From Lichenihabitans sp. (GTDB lineage: Bacteria > Pseudomonadota > Alphaproteobacteria > Rhizobiales > Beijerinckiaceae), in assembly GCA_965214345.1 (NCBI GenBank), contig CBDCBJ010000005.1, positions 11,744-75,743 of the forward strand: a DNA stretch of 64,000 bases, read 5' to 3'. Position numbers and translations under genes: made by a program. Position 1 is the first letter of the stretch. The number at the start of each line of letters is the position of its first letter. Of the stretch, positions 30,697 through 39,552 are shown one piece after another. The notes beneath the pieces were generated by a model, which saw only the letters and a list, made by a program, of their open reading frames with translations, made no database searches and was not told the origin of the DNA.

Positions 30697-31587
30697 ATGG
30701 AAGCCGCCACCGCACTGCATCCCGCGTGGGCCAACGCGCCGGCCGGAGTAGTCGACGGCTTTTCGCTGGAGATGACGGCGCGAGATATCGACGCCCTGAC
30801 TGCCGCCGCGCCCATGCTACCGGTCGATACCCCGATTTCGGTCACCTTTCTGCCCGGCGAGACGATGGACGCGCGGATTGCCGCCGCGGTGCGCATTCGA
30901 GAATTGGGGCTCGAACCCATGCCGCATCTTTCAGCGCGCCGGATCGGGTCACTGGCCGAACTGGCGGCCATGGTCACGCGGTGCACCGCGGAAGCCGGGG
31001 TCAAGCGCGTGTTCATCGTCGCCGGTGATCCGCCCGTCCCGGCCGGCCCGTTCGCCGACACGATGTCGGTTTTGAGGACGGGACTGCTCGAACGGAGTGG
31101 GGTGACCGCTGTCGGCATCGCGGGTCATCCCGAGGGCCATCCGGCGATGGACGCGGACGGTCTTTGGCAGTCGCTCGACGAGAAGTGCCGCGAGATCGGC
31201 GATCGCGGCATGGTCCCATTGATCGTCACGCAGTTCGGCTTCGACGCCGCACCGTTCCTCGCGTGGCTGGTGGCACTACGCGGCCGCGGCATCGATGCAC
31301 CGGTCCGGATCGGCATACCCGGTCCGGCGGGCATCAAGACCCTGCTGCGCTTCGCCACCCATTGCGGCGTCGGTGCCTCGGCGAGTGTCATGGCGAAATA
31401 TGGCGTTTCGCTGACGAAGCTGATCGGTGGTGCCGGACCCGATCGGCTCGTTGCCGCGCTGGCTCGGGGGCTAGGCCCCCAACACGGCGCCGTACGCCTA
31501 CATTTTTACCCCTTCGGCGGCCTGTCGCGAACGGTTGAATGGATCAACGAGTATGGCGCGCGGACCGGTGACGGTACGGCAGCCTGA
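30697..31587 (+). CDS. metF: Methylenetetrahydrofolate reductase family protein
   Basis: 296-aa ORF with GGGGAGCAGGA RBS. MTHFR-family layout (FSLEMT..., ISVTFLPGE, VFIVAGDPP, IAGHPEGHP). Divergent from the hydrolase-ligM pair, as with the ligM-metF linkage in SYK-6. Confidence 0.8.
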   Translation: MEAATALHPAWANAPAGVVDGFSLEMTARDIDALTAAAPMLPVDTPISVTFLPGETMDARIAAAVRIRELGLEPMPHLSARRIGSLAELAAMVTRCTAEAGVKRVFIVAGDPPVPAGPFADTMSVLRTGLLERSGVTAVGIAGHPEGHPAMDADGLWQSLDEKCREIGDRGMVPLIVTQFGFDAAPFLAWLVALRGRGIDAPVRIGIPGPAGIKTLLRFATHCGVGASASVMAKYGVSLTKLIGGAGPDRLVAALARGLGPQHGAVRLHFYPFGGLSRTVEWINEYGARTGDGTAA

Positions 31588-31609
31588 TCGAATCGAAGGA
31601 ATAGCTGGC

Positions 31610-32470
31610 GTGACCGAAGTTTGTACTCTCGCGCTGTCGTGCGAGGATCGCCCTGGGCTGGTGGCGAAGGTCGCCGGCTTTCTCGCCGCGCGCGGTGGTA
31701 ACATCCTCGCGGCACAGCAGTTCGACGATCGCGCGACCAACCGCTTCTTCATGCGCGTCGTGTTCGAGACGGCGGACAATGCAGTCGGGATCGACCGCAT
31801 CCGCGGAGAGTTCGCCACACTCGGCTCCGAACTCGGCATGAACTGGACGATGCGCGGCGCGAACGAGCGTCAGCGCGTCCTGCTGCTCGTCTCGAAGTTC
31901 GACCATTGCCTCGGCGACTTGCTGTATCGTCGCCGAATTGGTGAGCTGGCGATGGACGTCGTCGGCATCGTGTCGAATCACCCGATGGCGGCGCTGCAGA
32001 CGACAATGATCGGCGACATCCCCTATCATTATCTGCCGGTCTCACGCGACACCAAGCCGCTCCAGGAGGCAGAGATCAAGCGGATCGTGGCGACGAGCGG
32101 TGCCGACCTCGTCGTACTCGCTCGCTACATGCAGATCCTGTCGGACGATCTTGCCGGCTTTCTGTCGGGCCGATGCATCAACATCCACCACAGCTTCCTG
32201 CCCGGCTTCAAGGGCGCCAAACCCTATCACCAGGCCCACGCCCGCGGCGTCAAGATGATCGGCGCGACCGCGCACTACGTCACCGCCGACCTCGACGAGG
32301 GGCCGATCATCGTTCAGGACGTCGAGGCGATCAGCCACGCCGACACGCCCGACGATCTCGTGCGCAAGGGCCGCGACATTGAACGGCGGGTCCTGGCTGC
32401 GGCGGTGGCGCATCACCTCGAAGACCGCGTGCTGCTCAACGGCTCGCGCACCGTCGTCTTCCGCAGCTGA
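31610..32470 (+). CDS. purU: Formyltetrahydrofolate deformylase
   Basis: N-terminal ACT domain (LALSCEDRPGLVAKVAGFLAARGGNI) plus a formyltransferase domain (INIHHSFLPGFKGAKPYHQA, HYVTADLDEGPII). GTG at 31610 with GAAGGAA RBS is preferred to the track start at 31535, which overlaps metF. Confidence 0.9.
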   Translation: MTEVCTLALSCEDRPGLVAKVAGFLAARGGNILAAQQFDDRATNRFFMRVVFETADNAVGIDRIRGEFATLGSELGMNWTMRGANERQRVLLLVSKFDHCLGDLLYRRRIGELAMDVVGIVSNHPMAALQTTMIGDIPYHYLPVSRDTKPLQEAEIKRIVATSGADLVVLARYMQILSDDLAGFLSGRCINIHHSFLPGFKGAKPYHQAHARGVKMIGATAHYVTADLDEGPIIVQDVEAISHADTPDDLVRKGRDIERRVLAAAVAHHLEDRVLLNGSRTVVFRS

Positions 32471-32476
32471 CGCCGA

Positions 32477-33376
32477 ATGGCGCGGCTGATCGACGGGCTG
32501 GCGTTGGCACGGGCGCTGTCGGCGGATACCGCCGACGCCGTCGCCCGGCTGCGTGCGGTGCATGGCGTGGTGCCGGGGCTCGCCGTGGTGCTGGTTGGCG
32601 ACGATGCCGCCAGCGGCGTCTACGTCGCGCGCAAGGTCAAGGAGACGGCGCGCGTCGGCATGCGCTCGCTCGAGTACCGATTCGACGCCGGCACCAATCA
32701 GGCGATCCTGCTGTCGCTGATCGCCGCGCTGAACGCCGACGAGGCTGTCCACGGCATCCTGGTCCAGCTGCCCCTACCGCGGCAGATCGATGCCGCGCGT
32801 ATCCTCGACGCGATCGATCCGGCGAAGGACGTCGACGGCTTCCATCCGGTCAACGTCGGCCGGCTGTCGACCGGCACGGGCGGACTGGTCCCGTGCACCC
32901 CGCTCGGCTGCATGAAATTGCTTGATACCGTGATCAACGACTATCGCGGACTCGCAGCTGTCGTCATCGGCAAGTCGAACATCGTCGGCAAGCCGGTCGC
33001 GATGCTCCTGCTCGAACGCGAGTGCACGGTGACGGTGACCCACATCGCGACGCGCGGCCTCGCGGCGATCGTCCGCGGAGCCGACATCGTCGTCGCCGCC
33101 GCCGGCAGTCCCGGCCTAGTTCGCGGCGACTGGATCAAGCCCGGCGCGGTCGTGATCGACGTCGGGATAACGCGCGTCACCGACCCCGGCGGCACGACGC
33201 GGCTGGTCGGTGACGTCGCCTTCGACGAGGCGGGACACGCCGGTGCGCTGACGCCGGTTCCCGGCGGGGTCGGCCCGATGACCATCGCCTGTCTACTGGC
33301 CAACACGGCGCGTGCGGCATGGACGATGGCGGGCGGCGTTCAGGCCGCGGCACCAGAGGGTGCGGCAGTCGGCTGA
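32477..33376 (+). CDS. folD: Bifunctional 5,10-methylene-THF dehydrogenase / 5,10-methenyl-THF cyclohydrolase
   Basis: 299-aa ORF. Motifs: [56 protein letters not shown]. Confidence 0.92.
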   Translation: MARLIDGLALARALSADTADAVARLRAVHGVVPGLAVVLVGDDAASGVYVARKVKETARVGMRSLEYRFDAGTNQAILLSLIAALNADEAVHGILVQLPLPRQIDAARILDAIDPAKDVDGFHPVNVGRLSTGTGGLVPCTPLGCMKLLDTVINDYRGLAAVVIGKSNIVGKPVAMLLLERECTVTVTHIATRGLAAIVRGADIVVAAAGSPGLVRGDWIKPGAVVIDVGITRVTDPGGTTRLVGDVAFDEAGHAGALTPVPGGVGPMTIACLLANTARAAWTMAGGVQAAAPEGAAVG

Positions 33377-33383
33377 TCGCGCT

Positions 33384-33413
33384 GGTTGCCGCACGAACGG
33401 CCAATCGGCAACC
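33384..33413 (+). terminator. Hairpin after folD (GGTTGCCG - 14 nt loop - CGGCAACC), possible weak terminator
   Basis: An 8-bp perfect inverted repeat begins 8 nt after the folD stop. No U-tract follows, so function is uncertain. Confidence 0.25.
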
Positions 33414-33704
33414 GCGACCCGCCGCCTGTTTATCCCCGCATTAAGGTAACGAAGGTAACAAGGGGGGAATTGCGAATCTTCGCCGGCCGGTAACTTTGTT
33501 GCGAAGTTCACGCGAACTTACGCCCGCGAAGTGTTTCAAACGGGCAGTGCCGGACCGGCGAGCACGCGATGAGCCATCAATGAGAAAGAGCCGCGGTCGC
33601 CAGTGGCGAGTCGCACACTATGGATCAATCCCAATTGTAGGAACGACCATAAGCGCAACAGATGCCGGCTGGCGCTCAGCCAAAGATCGTTGCGCTCGCA
33701 GGGT

Positions 33705-34085
33705 CTAGCTCCGGCTGGCGGTAACCTCGACCTCGATCAGCGCGCCGGGCATGGCGAGATCACAGATGACCGTCGACCGGGCCGGAAAAGGATCGGCCAG
33801 ACGCTGTGCATAGACCGCGTTGTATCCGGCGAAATCCTCCTTGCGCGTCAGCCATGCCGTGACCTTGAAGACATGGCCGAGCGTCAGGCCTTCCTTTGCG
33901 AGCAGCGCGGCAATGTTGTCGAACACGGCGCTGGTCTGGGTGGTGATGTCGCCGCCGGCAAGCTTGCCCTCACGCAGCGGCAGCGCCCCCGACAGGTAGA
34001 GAATGCCGTCGACCTCGACCGCCGACGACAGCGGCATAACCGCACCGGACGTGCTGACGAGGGGGCCGCCGATTTGCTTGAACAT
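33705..34085 (-). CDS. ridA: RidA/YjgF family reactive-intermediate (enamine/imine) deaminase
   Basis: ORF trimmed to the ATG at 34085 (AGGAGAA RBS): MFKQIGGPLVSTSGAVMPLSSAVEVDGILYLSGALP..., with length and sequence typical of RidA. Confidence 0.85.
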   Translation of the reverse strand: MFKQIGGPLVSTSGAVMPLSSAVEVDGILYLSGALPLREGKLAGGDITTQTSAVFDNIAALLAKEGLTLGHVFKVTAWLTRKEDFAGYNAVYAQRLADPFPARSTVICDLAMPGALIEVEVTASRS

Positions 34086-34176
34086 CGTGTTTCTCCTGCT
34101 TGAGGTTGGTCGACCGGAACGCGAGTTGGCCGATTGGAAGGCTTCCGCAGCGAAGCGATCGGCGCGATAGGACATC

Positions 34177-34632
34177 ATGGATGACGCGACCTATGCCGCC
34201 GAGATAATTGCCGCGTACGAGGGTGAACTGAGCGGCGAAGGTACGGCCGCGATGCTGATGACGATCCTCGGCGTCGACGAGCGTCGCGCGACGAAGCTCG
34301 ATCTCCTGCGCCGACTCGAGGCACGCGTCAGCGCGGCACTCGCGCCCATCGTCGCGCGGTTGGGCATGGCTCCGGCCGATCTCGCGGGTCTGCAGGAGCG
34401 CGCGCGGGCACGGGCGGTGGCGTCGTGGGACGCGCTGATCGCCAAGTTCGGTTCGCGCCTCGACCCCTATGTCGTCCGCTTTGCCGCCCTGTACGCTGCC
34501 GCCCGGCCCGGCGACGCGCCGGCTCTCGCTTTGCTCGTCGCCCACAAACGCGCCCCGATCGCGTTCGTCCGGCTGGAAGCGAACGGCGACGAGGACGCCG
34601 CGCTGGTCTGCCTCCGCACGGCGGTCGGCTAA
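34177..34632 (+). CDS. Hypothetical protein (151 aa, predicted all-helical)
   Basis: ORF divergent from ridA and not antisense to any recognisable gene. Its composition is protein-like (Ala/Leu/Arg/Asp-rich helices) rather than Arg/Pro junk. I recognise no family. Confidence 0.4.
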   Translation: MDDATYAAEIIAAYEGELSGEGTAAMLMTILGVDERRATKLDLLRRLEARVSAALAPIVARLGMAPADLAGLQERARARAVASWDALIAKFGSRLDPYVVRFAALYAAARPGDAPALALLVAHKRAPIAFVRLEANGDEDAALVCLRTAVG

Positions 34633-34672
34633 CAGCGGCGCGCGCCGGCAGGGGGTGGCGGGCTCCACGCGA

Positions 34673-35971
34673 TCAGCAGTCGAGCGTCGCCGCGCGTTCC
34701 CAGTCGCTCAGATGGCTGGTGAAGCTGTTCCACTCCTGCATCTTGAGCTTGAGGTACGAGGGAACGAAGCCCGGCATCGCCGCCTTCAGGACGTCCGACG
34801 CATCGAGCGCGCGAAGCGCGTCGAGCAGGTTGAGCGGCAGCCGCTCGACGTCGGGCGCGAGATGGCCCTGCGTATACATGTTGATATCGAGCCGCTTGCC
34901 GGGATCACGCGCATTGTCCATCCCGTCGAGCCCGGCCGCCAGCGCCGCCGCCTGCAGCAGGTACGGGTTGACCGCGCCATCGGCGAGGCGCAGCTCGAGC
35001 CGGTCGCCTTCCGGAATGCGGATCATGTGCGTCCGGTTGTTGCCGGTATAGCTGATCGAGTTGGGCGACCACGTTGCACCCGAGATCGTGCGCGGAGCAT
35101 TGAGCCGCTTGTACGAATTGACCGTCGGATTGAGGAGCGCCGCGAGCGCCGGGGCCGAATGCATCAGCCCGCCGATGAACTGGTAGCCGAGCGCCGACAG
35201 GCCGAGCTCGCCCGCCGGGTCGACGAAAACGTTCGTGCCGTTCCGCCACAGCGAGATGTGCGCGTGGCAGCCGTTGCCGGTCAGGCCGACGAACGGTTTG
35301 GGCATGAAGGTCGCGCGCAAGCCGTGTTTCTCGGCGACCGACTTCGCCATATACTTGAAGAAGGCGTGACGATCGGCGGTGACGAGCGCGTTACCATAGG
35401 TCCAGTTCATCTCGAACTGGCCGTTCGCGTCCTCGTGGTCGCTCTGGTACGGTTCCCAGCCGAGCCCGAGCATGGCGTCGCAGATTTCGGTGACGATGTC
35501 GTAGCGGCGCATCAGCGCGAGCTGGTCGTAGCACGACTTGTCCTGCGTATCGGCCGCGTCGCCGACAGCCTTGCCGTCGGAGGTGACGAGGAAGAACTCG
35601 CATTCGACGCCGGTCTTCATCTCGAAACCCTGTTCGCCGGCGCGCGCCAACAGGCGCTTGAGAAGGTTGCGCGGACCATGAGCGATGGGCTGACCGGCCA
35701 TGTGGAGATCGGCCGCCAGCCAGCCGACCTCGGGTTTCCACGGCAGCTGGATCAGGCTGTCGGAATCGGGCACCGCGAACATGTCGGGGTCGGCCGGGCT
35801 GAGATCGAGCCACGTCGCGAACCCGGCGAACCCGGCGCCGTTCCTCGCCATCGGCCCGATCGCCGCCGCTGGGACGAGCTTGGCACGCTGCGCCCCGAAC
35901 AGGTCAGTATAGGAGATCAGAAAGTATTTGATCGACCGCTCCTTCGCGGCCGCCACCAGATCAAGCGCCAT
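34673..35971 (-). CDS. gmaS: Gamma-glutamylmethylamide synthetase (glutamine synthetase type III-like)
   Basis: 432-aa GS-fold ORF (FEMKTGVECEFFL, NGCHAHISLW, NSYKRL, NRTHMIRIP) lying immediately downstream of mgsABC. Size and context fit GmaS rather than GlnA. Confidence 0.8.
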   Translation of the reverse strand: MALDLVAAAKERSIKYFLISYTDLFGAQRAKLVPAAAIGPMARNGAGFAGFATWLDLSPADPDMFAVPDSDSLIQLPWKPEVGWLAADLHMAGQPIAHGPRNLLKRLLARAGEQGFEMKTGVECEFFLVTSDGKAVGDAADTQDKSCYDQLALMRRYDIVTEICDAMLGLGWEPYQSDHEDANGQFEMNWTYGNALVTADRHAFFKYMAKSVAEKHGLRATFMPKPFVGLTGNGCHAHISLWRNGTNVFVDPAGELGLSALGYQFIGGLMHSAPALAALLNPTVNSYKRLNAPRTISGATWSPNSISYTGNNRTHMIRIPEGDRLELRLADGAVNPYLLQAAALAAGLDGMDNARDPGKRLDINMYTQGHLAPDVERLPLNLLDALRALDASDVLKAAMPGFVPSYLKLKMQEWNSFTSHLSDWERAATLDC

Positions 35972-35991
35972 GTCTGCCCCCTCGTCCGCCG

Positions 35992-37323
35992 TCAGAACCG
36001 TCCGCTGCCGGGAATCCAGTCGGTGCCGGCCAGCGGCACCCGCGCCATCGCCGCCGCCTCGATCGTCAGCGCGACGAGATCCTCCGGTTCCAGATTGTGG
36101 AGGTGGCTCTTGCCGCAGGCGCGCGCGATCGTCTGCGCCTCCAGCGTCAGCACCGCGAGGTAATTGGCCAGCCGCCGCCCCGCCGCGACCGGATCGAGCC
36201 GCGCGGCGAGCACCGGGTCCTGCGTCGTGATGCCGGCTGGATCGCGTCCATCCTGCCAGTCGTCGTACGCCCCGGCGGTCGTGCCGAGCGCGGCATATTC
36301 CGCTTCGTAGATTGGATCGTTGTCGCCGAGCGCGACCAGCGCCGCGGTGCCGATCGCGACCGCGTCGGCGCCGAGCGCGAGCGCCTTGGCGACGTCGGCA
36401 CCGTTGCGGATGCCACCCGAGACGATCAGCTGGACCTTGCGGTGCATGCCGAGATCCTGCAGCGCCTGAACGGCTGGGCGGATCGCGGCGAGAATTGGCA
36501 GGCCGACGTGTTCGATAAAGACGTCCTGCGTCGCCGCGGTGCCGCCCTGCATGCCGTCGAGCACCACGACGTCGGCCCCTGATTTTACCGCCAACGCGAT
36601 GTCGTACTGCGGCCGGGTCGCGCCGACCTTGACGTAGATCGGCTTGTCGTGGCCGGTGATCTCGCGCAGCTCCTCGATCTTGATCTCGAGGTCGTCGGGT
36701 CCAGTCCAGTCGGGATGGCGGCAGGCCGAACGCTGGTCGATGCCCTTGGGCAGCGTCCGCATCTCGGCGACGCGGTCGGAAATCTTCTGGCCGAGCAGCA
36801 TCCCGCCGCCGCCGGGCTTGGCCCCCTGCCCGATGACGATCTCGATCGCATCGGCCTTCCGCAGATCGTCGGGGTTCATCCCGTAGCGCGAGGGCAGATA
36901 CTGGTAGACAAGCGTCTGCGACTGGCCGCGCTCCTCAGGCGTCATGCCGCCGTCGCCGGTGGTCGTCGAGGTCCCGGCGAGCGTCGCGCCGCGCCCGAGC
37001 GCCTCCTTGGCCTGCGCCGAGAGCGAGCCGAAGCTCATGCCCGCGATCGTCACCGGAGTCTTCAGATGGATCGGCTTCTTCGCGAAGCGCGTGCCGAGCC
37101 ACACGTCGGTCGCGCATTTCTCGCGGTAGCCCTCGAGCGGATAACGCGAGATCGACGCGCCGAGGAACAGCAGGTCGTCAAAGTGCGGCAGCGCTCGCTT
37201 GGTCCCCGCCCCGCGGATGTCGTAGATGCCGGTCGCCGCCGCACGGCGAATTTCCGCCATCGTATGCGGATCGAACGTCGCCGACTGGCGGGGCAGCGTG
37301 CGCGGAATGTTGGTCAGGTCCAT
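35992..37323 (-). CDS. mgsC: N-methylglutamate synthase subunit C (FMN-binding glutamate-synthase domain-2-like)
   Basis: 443-aa ORF with GltS FMN-domain motifs (ISAQAKEALGRGA, GQGAKPGGGG, VSGGIRNGADVAKALALGADAV). Confidence 0.85.
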   Translation of the reverse strand: MDLTNIPRTLPRQSATFDPHTMAEIRRAAATGIYDIRGAGTKRALPHFDDLLFLGASISRYPLEGYREKCATDVWLGTRFAKKPIHLKTPVTIAGMSFGSLSAQAKEALGRGATLAGTSTTTGDGGMTPEERGQSQTLVYQYLPSRYGMNPDDLRKADAIEIVIGQGAKPGGGGMLLGQKISDRVAEMRTLPKGIDQRSACRHPDWTGPDDLEIKIEELREITGHDKPIYVKVGATRPQYDIALAVKSGADVVVLDGMQGGTAATQDVFIEHVGLPILAAIRPAVQALQDLGMHRKVQLIVSGGIRNGADVAKALALGADAVAIGTAALVALGDNDPIYEAEYAALGTTAGAYDDWQDGRDPAGITTQDPVLAARLDPVAAGRRLANYLAVLTLEAQTIARACGKSHLHNLEPEDLVALTIEAAAMARVPLAGTDWIPGSGRF

Positions 37324-37335
37324 GCGCTCGACCTT

Positions 37336-38040
37336 TCAATACGCCGCGGCATTGTCGACGTGGAAATTGTACAGTTGACGGGCGGAGCCATAGCGGCGGA
37401 ACTCGTCGACGCCGACGTCGTCGCCGACGCCGGCCGCCGCGAGCAGCCGCCGCAGATCGGCACGATGCTCGTCAAGTAGATCCTTCTCGATGCAGTCCGC
37501 GCCGAGGCTGCTGACCTCGCCGCGGACGTACAGCCTCGCCTCGTAGATCGAATCGCCCAGCGCATCGCCCGCGTCGCCGAGCACGACCAGCGATCCCGAT
37601 TGCGCCATGAACGCGCTCATCGGCCCGATTGAGCCCTTCACGACGATGTCGACGCCCTTCATCGAAATACCACAGCGTGCCGACGCATTGCCGTCGATCA
37701 CCAGCAGCCCGCCATGCGCCGTCGCCCCCGCCGACTGGCTCGCGTCGCCCTGGACATGAACCCGGCCAGACATCATGTTCTCGGCGACGCCGACCCCGGC
37801 GTTGCCTTCGATCACCACCGTCGCGTGCTGGTTCATGCCCGCGCAATAATAGCCCGCGTGCCCGGCGATGGTGACTGTCACCGGCGCGTCGAGCCCGACG
37901 GCGAGCGCATGCTGGCCGGCGGGATTGAGCACGCGCCACGCCGTTTCGTTAGTCTCGCGCGGAAGCGCCTGGAGCATAGCGTTGATCGCGCTGCGTCCGG
38001 TTTCGGCGAGGTCGACGTCCTGCATCAGTTTCGCTCCCAC
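37336..38040 (-). CDS. mgsB: N-methylglutamate synthase subunit B (GXGXG-repeat, glutamate synthase C-terminal-domain-like)
   Basis: 234-aa ORF with a beta-helix GXGXG repeat pattern (IEGNAGVGVAENMMSGRVHVQGDASQSAGA...). Confidence 0.85.
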   Translation of the reverse strand: MGAKLMQDVDLAETGRSAINAMLQALPRETNETAWRVLNPAGQHALAVGLDAPVTVTIAGHAGYYCAGMNQHATVVIEGNAGVGVAENMMSGRVHVQGDASQSAGATAHGGLLVIDGNASARCGISMKGVDIVVKGSIGPMSAFMAQSGSLVVLGDAGDALGDSIYEARLYVRGEVSSLGADCIEKDLLDEHRADLRRLLAAAGVGDDVGVDEFRRYGSARQLYNFHVDNAAAY

Positions 38041-38909
38041 GCGTAGACACGGGCCGGCTCCGGCTCGAACACGCGGGCATTAGCGATTCCCGGCAGGCCA
38101 GCCAGCGCGCGGTATTCGGAAGCGAAGGCGACGTAGCCATCCGTCTCGGCCATCACCGCCGGCTTGCACGAAATCGGGTCGCGCACGACGGCAAAGCCGT
38201 TCTCGGTCCCGACGACGAAGGTGAAGAAGCCGTCGAGGTCTTCGAGCCCCGCCTCCAGCGCCTCGGCCAGCGTCGCGCCCTCGCGCATCTTCCACGTCAG
38301 GTAGCCGGCGGCAACCTCGCTGTCGTTCTCGGTCGCGAAGCGGATGCCCTCCTTCGCCAGCAAGCGACGCAGGCTGGCGTGGTTGGAGAGCGAGCCGTTG
38401 TGGACGAGGCACTGGTCCGCGCCGGTGGAGAACGGATGCGCGCCCGCCGTCGTGACGGCCGACTCGGTTGCCATGCGGGTATGACCGATGCCGTGGCTGC
38501 CGGTCATGCCGGGCAGGCCGAAGCGGCGCGAAACGTCGGCAGGCAGGCCGACCTCCTTGAACAGTTCGATCCGCCGTCCCGCGCCGATGATCGCCACTTC
38601 GGGGCAATGCGCGGCGAGCCAGCCGCGCGCCGCGTCCTCCTGCGCCGCAGGCAGCGTCAGGACGGTATGCGTATCGTGGGGGACAGCGGCAACGGCGATG
38701 CCCAGCGCCGCGCCGAGCGCAGTCGCCATCGTGTCACCGCCGCCGCGCACGGTGAGCTTCGTCTGGCCCCGCGCGGCGTCACTGTAGATGGCGAAGCCGG
38801 CGCTGTCGGGCCCGCGATCGGTCATCACTTCGAGCATGCCCGCCAGCATCGCGCCGAGACGCGGCTCGACCGCAGGATCTTTCAGGAACAATCCAACGAT
38901 CCCGCACAT
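38025..38909 (-). CDS. mgsA: N-methylglutamate synthase subunit A (class-II glutamine amidotransferase-like)
   Basis: 294-aa ORF starting MCGIVGLF (Ntn-type catalytic Cys2). Overlaps mgsB by 16 nt. Confidence 0.85.
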   Translation of the reverse strand: MCGIVGLFLKDPAVEPRLGAMLAGMLEVMTDRGPDSAGFAIYSDAARGQTKLTVRGGGDTMATALGAALGIAVAAVPHDTHTVLTLPAAQEDAARGWLAAHCPEVAIIGAGRRIELFKEVGLPADVSRRFGLPGMTGSHGIGHTRMATESAVTTAGAHPFSTGADQCLVHNGSLSNHASLRRLLAKEGIRFATENDSEVAAGYLTWKMREGATLAEALEAGLEDLDGFFTFVVGTENGFAVVRDPISCKPAVMAETDGYVAFASEYRALAGLPGIANARVFEPEPARVYAWERN

Positions 38910-39074
38910 GCCAGCTACCTTGCCTCCCGATCTTGATCCGGCTAGTCCGCTGAAGCCGATCTGTCAACCGGGAAGAATGATACTTTCCTTGCAAGAAAGG
39001 ACACTGCTCGTCTTGATCCTGGACCGAGCCACGAATGTGGTACCGCGGTAACCGCGAAATCATGAGCCGCGGCT

Positions 39075-39446
39075 CTATCGTTTCTCCGCCGCGAAGCGCG
39101 CTCGGGCAGTCAGGATCGGCGTGAGATTGTCCTCCGCCCAGCTGGTCAGCTGACCGACAATCCGGGCCAGACCCTCGCCAAGCGGCGTCACGGCATATTC
39201 GACCGTGACCGGGACGGTGGCGATCGCCGTCCGCGTTATCAATCCATCGCGCTCAAGATTCTTGAGCGTCTGCGACAGCATCTTTTGCGAAACACCGCCA
39301 ACCCGCGCGCGCAACGCGTTGAAGCGCAGCGGCCCCTCGGCGAGCTGGTTAACGATCAGCATCGCCCATTTGTCGCCGATTCGGTCGAGCACGAGCCGCG
39401 CGGGACATGATGGATTAGGCGTATTGCCGCGTTCGGAAGCTAGCAT
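39075..39446 (-). CDS. HxlR-family (MarR-like) transcriptional regulator
   Basis: 123-aa ORF with CPARLVLDRIGDKWAMLIV..L..GPLRFNAL......VSQKMLSQTLK.LERDGLI, the HxlR signature. Confidence 0.85.
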   Translation of the reverse strand: MLASERGNTPNPSCPARLVLDRIGDKWAMLIVNQLAEGPLRFNALRARVGGVSQKMLSQTLKNLERDGLITRTAIATVPVTVEYAVTPLGEGLARIVGQLTSWAEDNLTPILTARARFAAEKR

Positions 39447-39552
39447 CAGGCAGGTATCCCGAAGGTTAGCAGATGACGCAACGGTGCGTTCTTGTCATCC
39501 AGCTGTCCTTACGACATCAGGTAACCGTTAGCCACTCGACAAGGACCAGTCC

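Noticed and set aside
33496-33708. 70-aa basic ORF in the folD-ridA spacer
   Set aside because: Its composition is Arg/Ser-rich, and it has no RBS and no homology that I can recognise. The spacer is reported as a structural curiosity instead.
34469-36163. 564-aa plus-strand ORF
   Set aside because: It is antisense to gmaS and the end of mgsC and has no recognisable domains. It is a high-GC shadow ORF.
38910-39074. Possible sigma-54 promoter (TGTCCTTTCTTGCA on the minus strand) upstream of mgsA
   Set aside because: The -12 TTGCA is present, but the position 12 nt upstream of the GC reads GT instead of the invariant GG. This is not convincing without experimental data.
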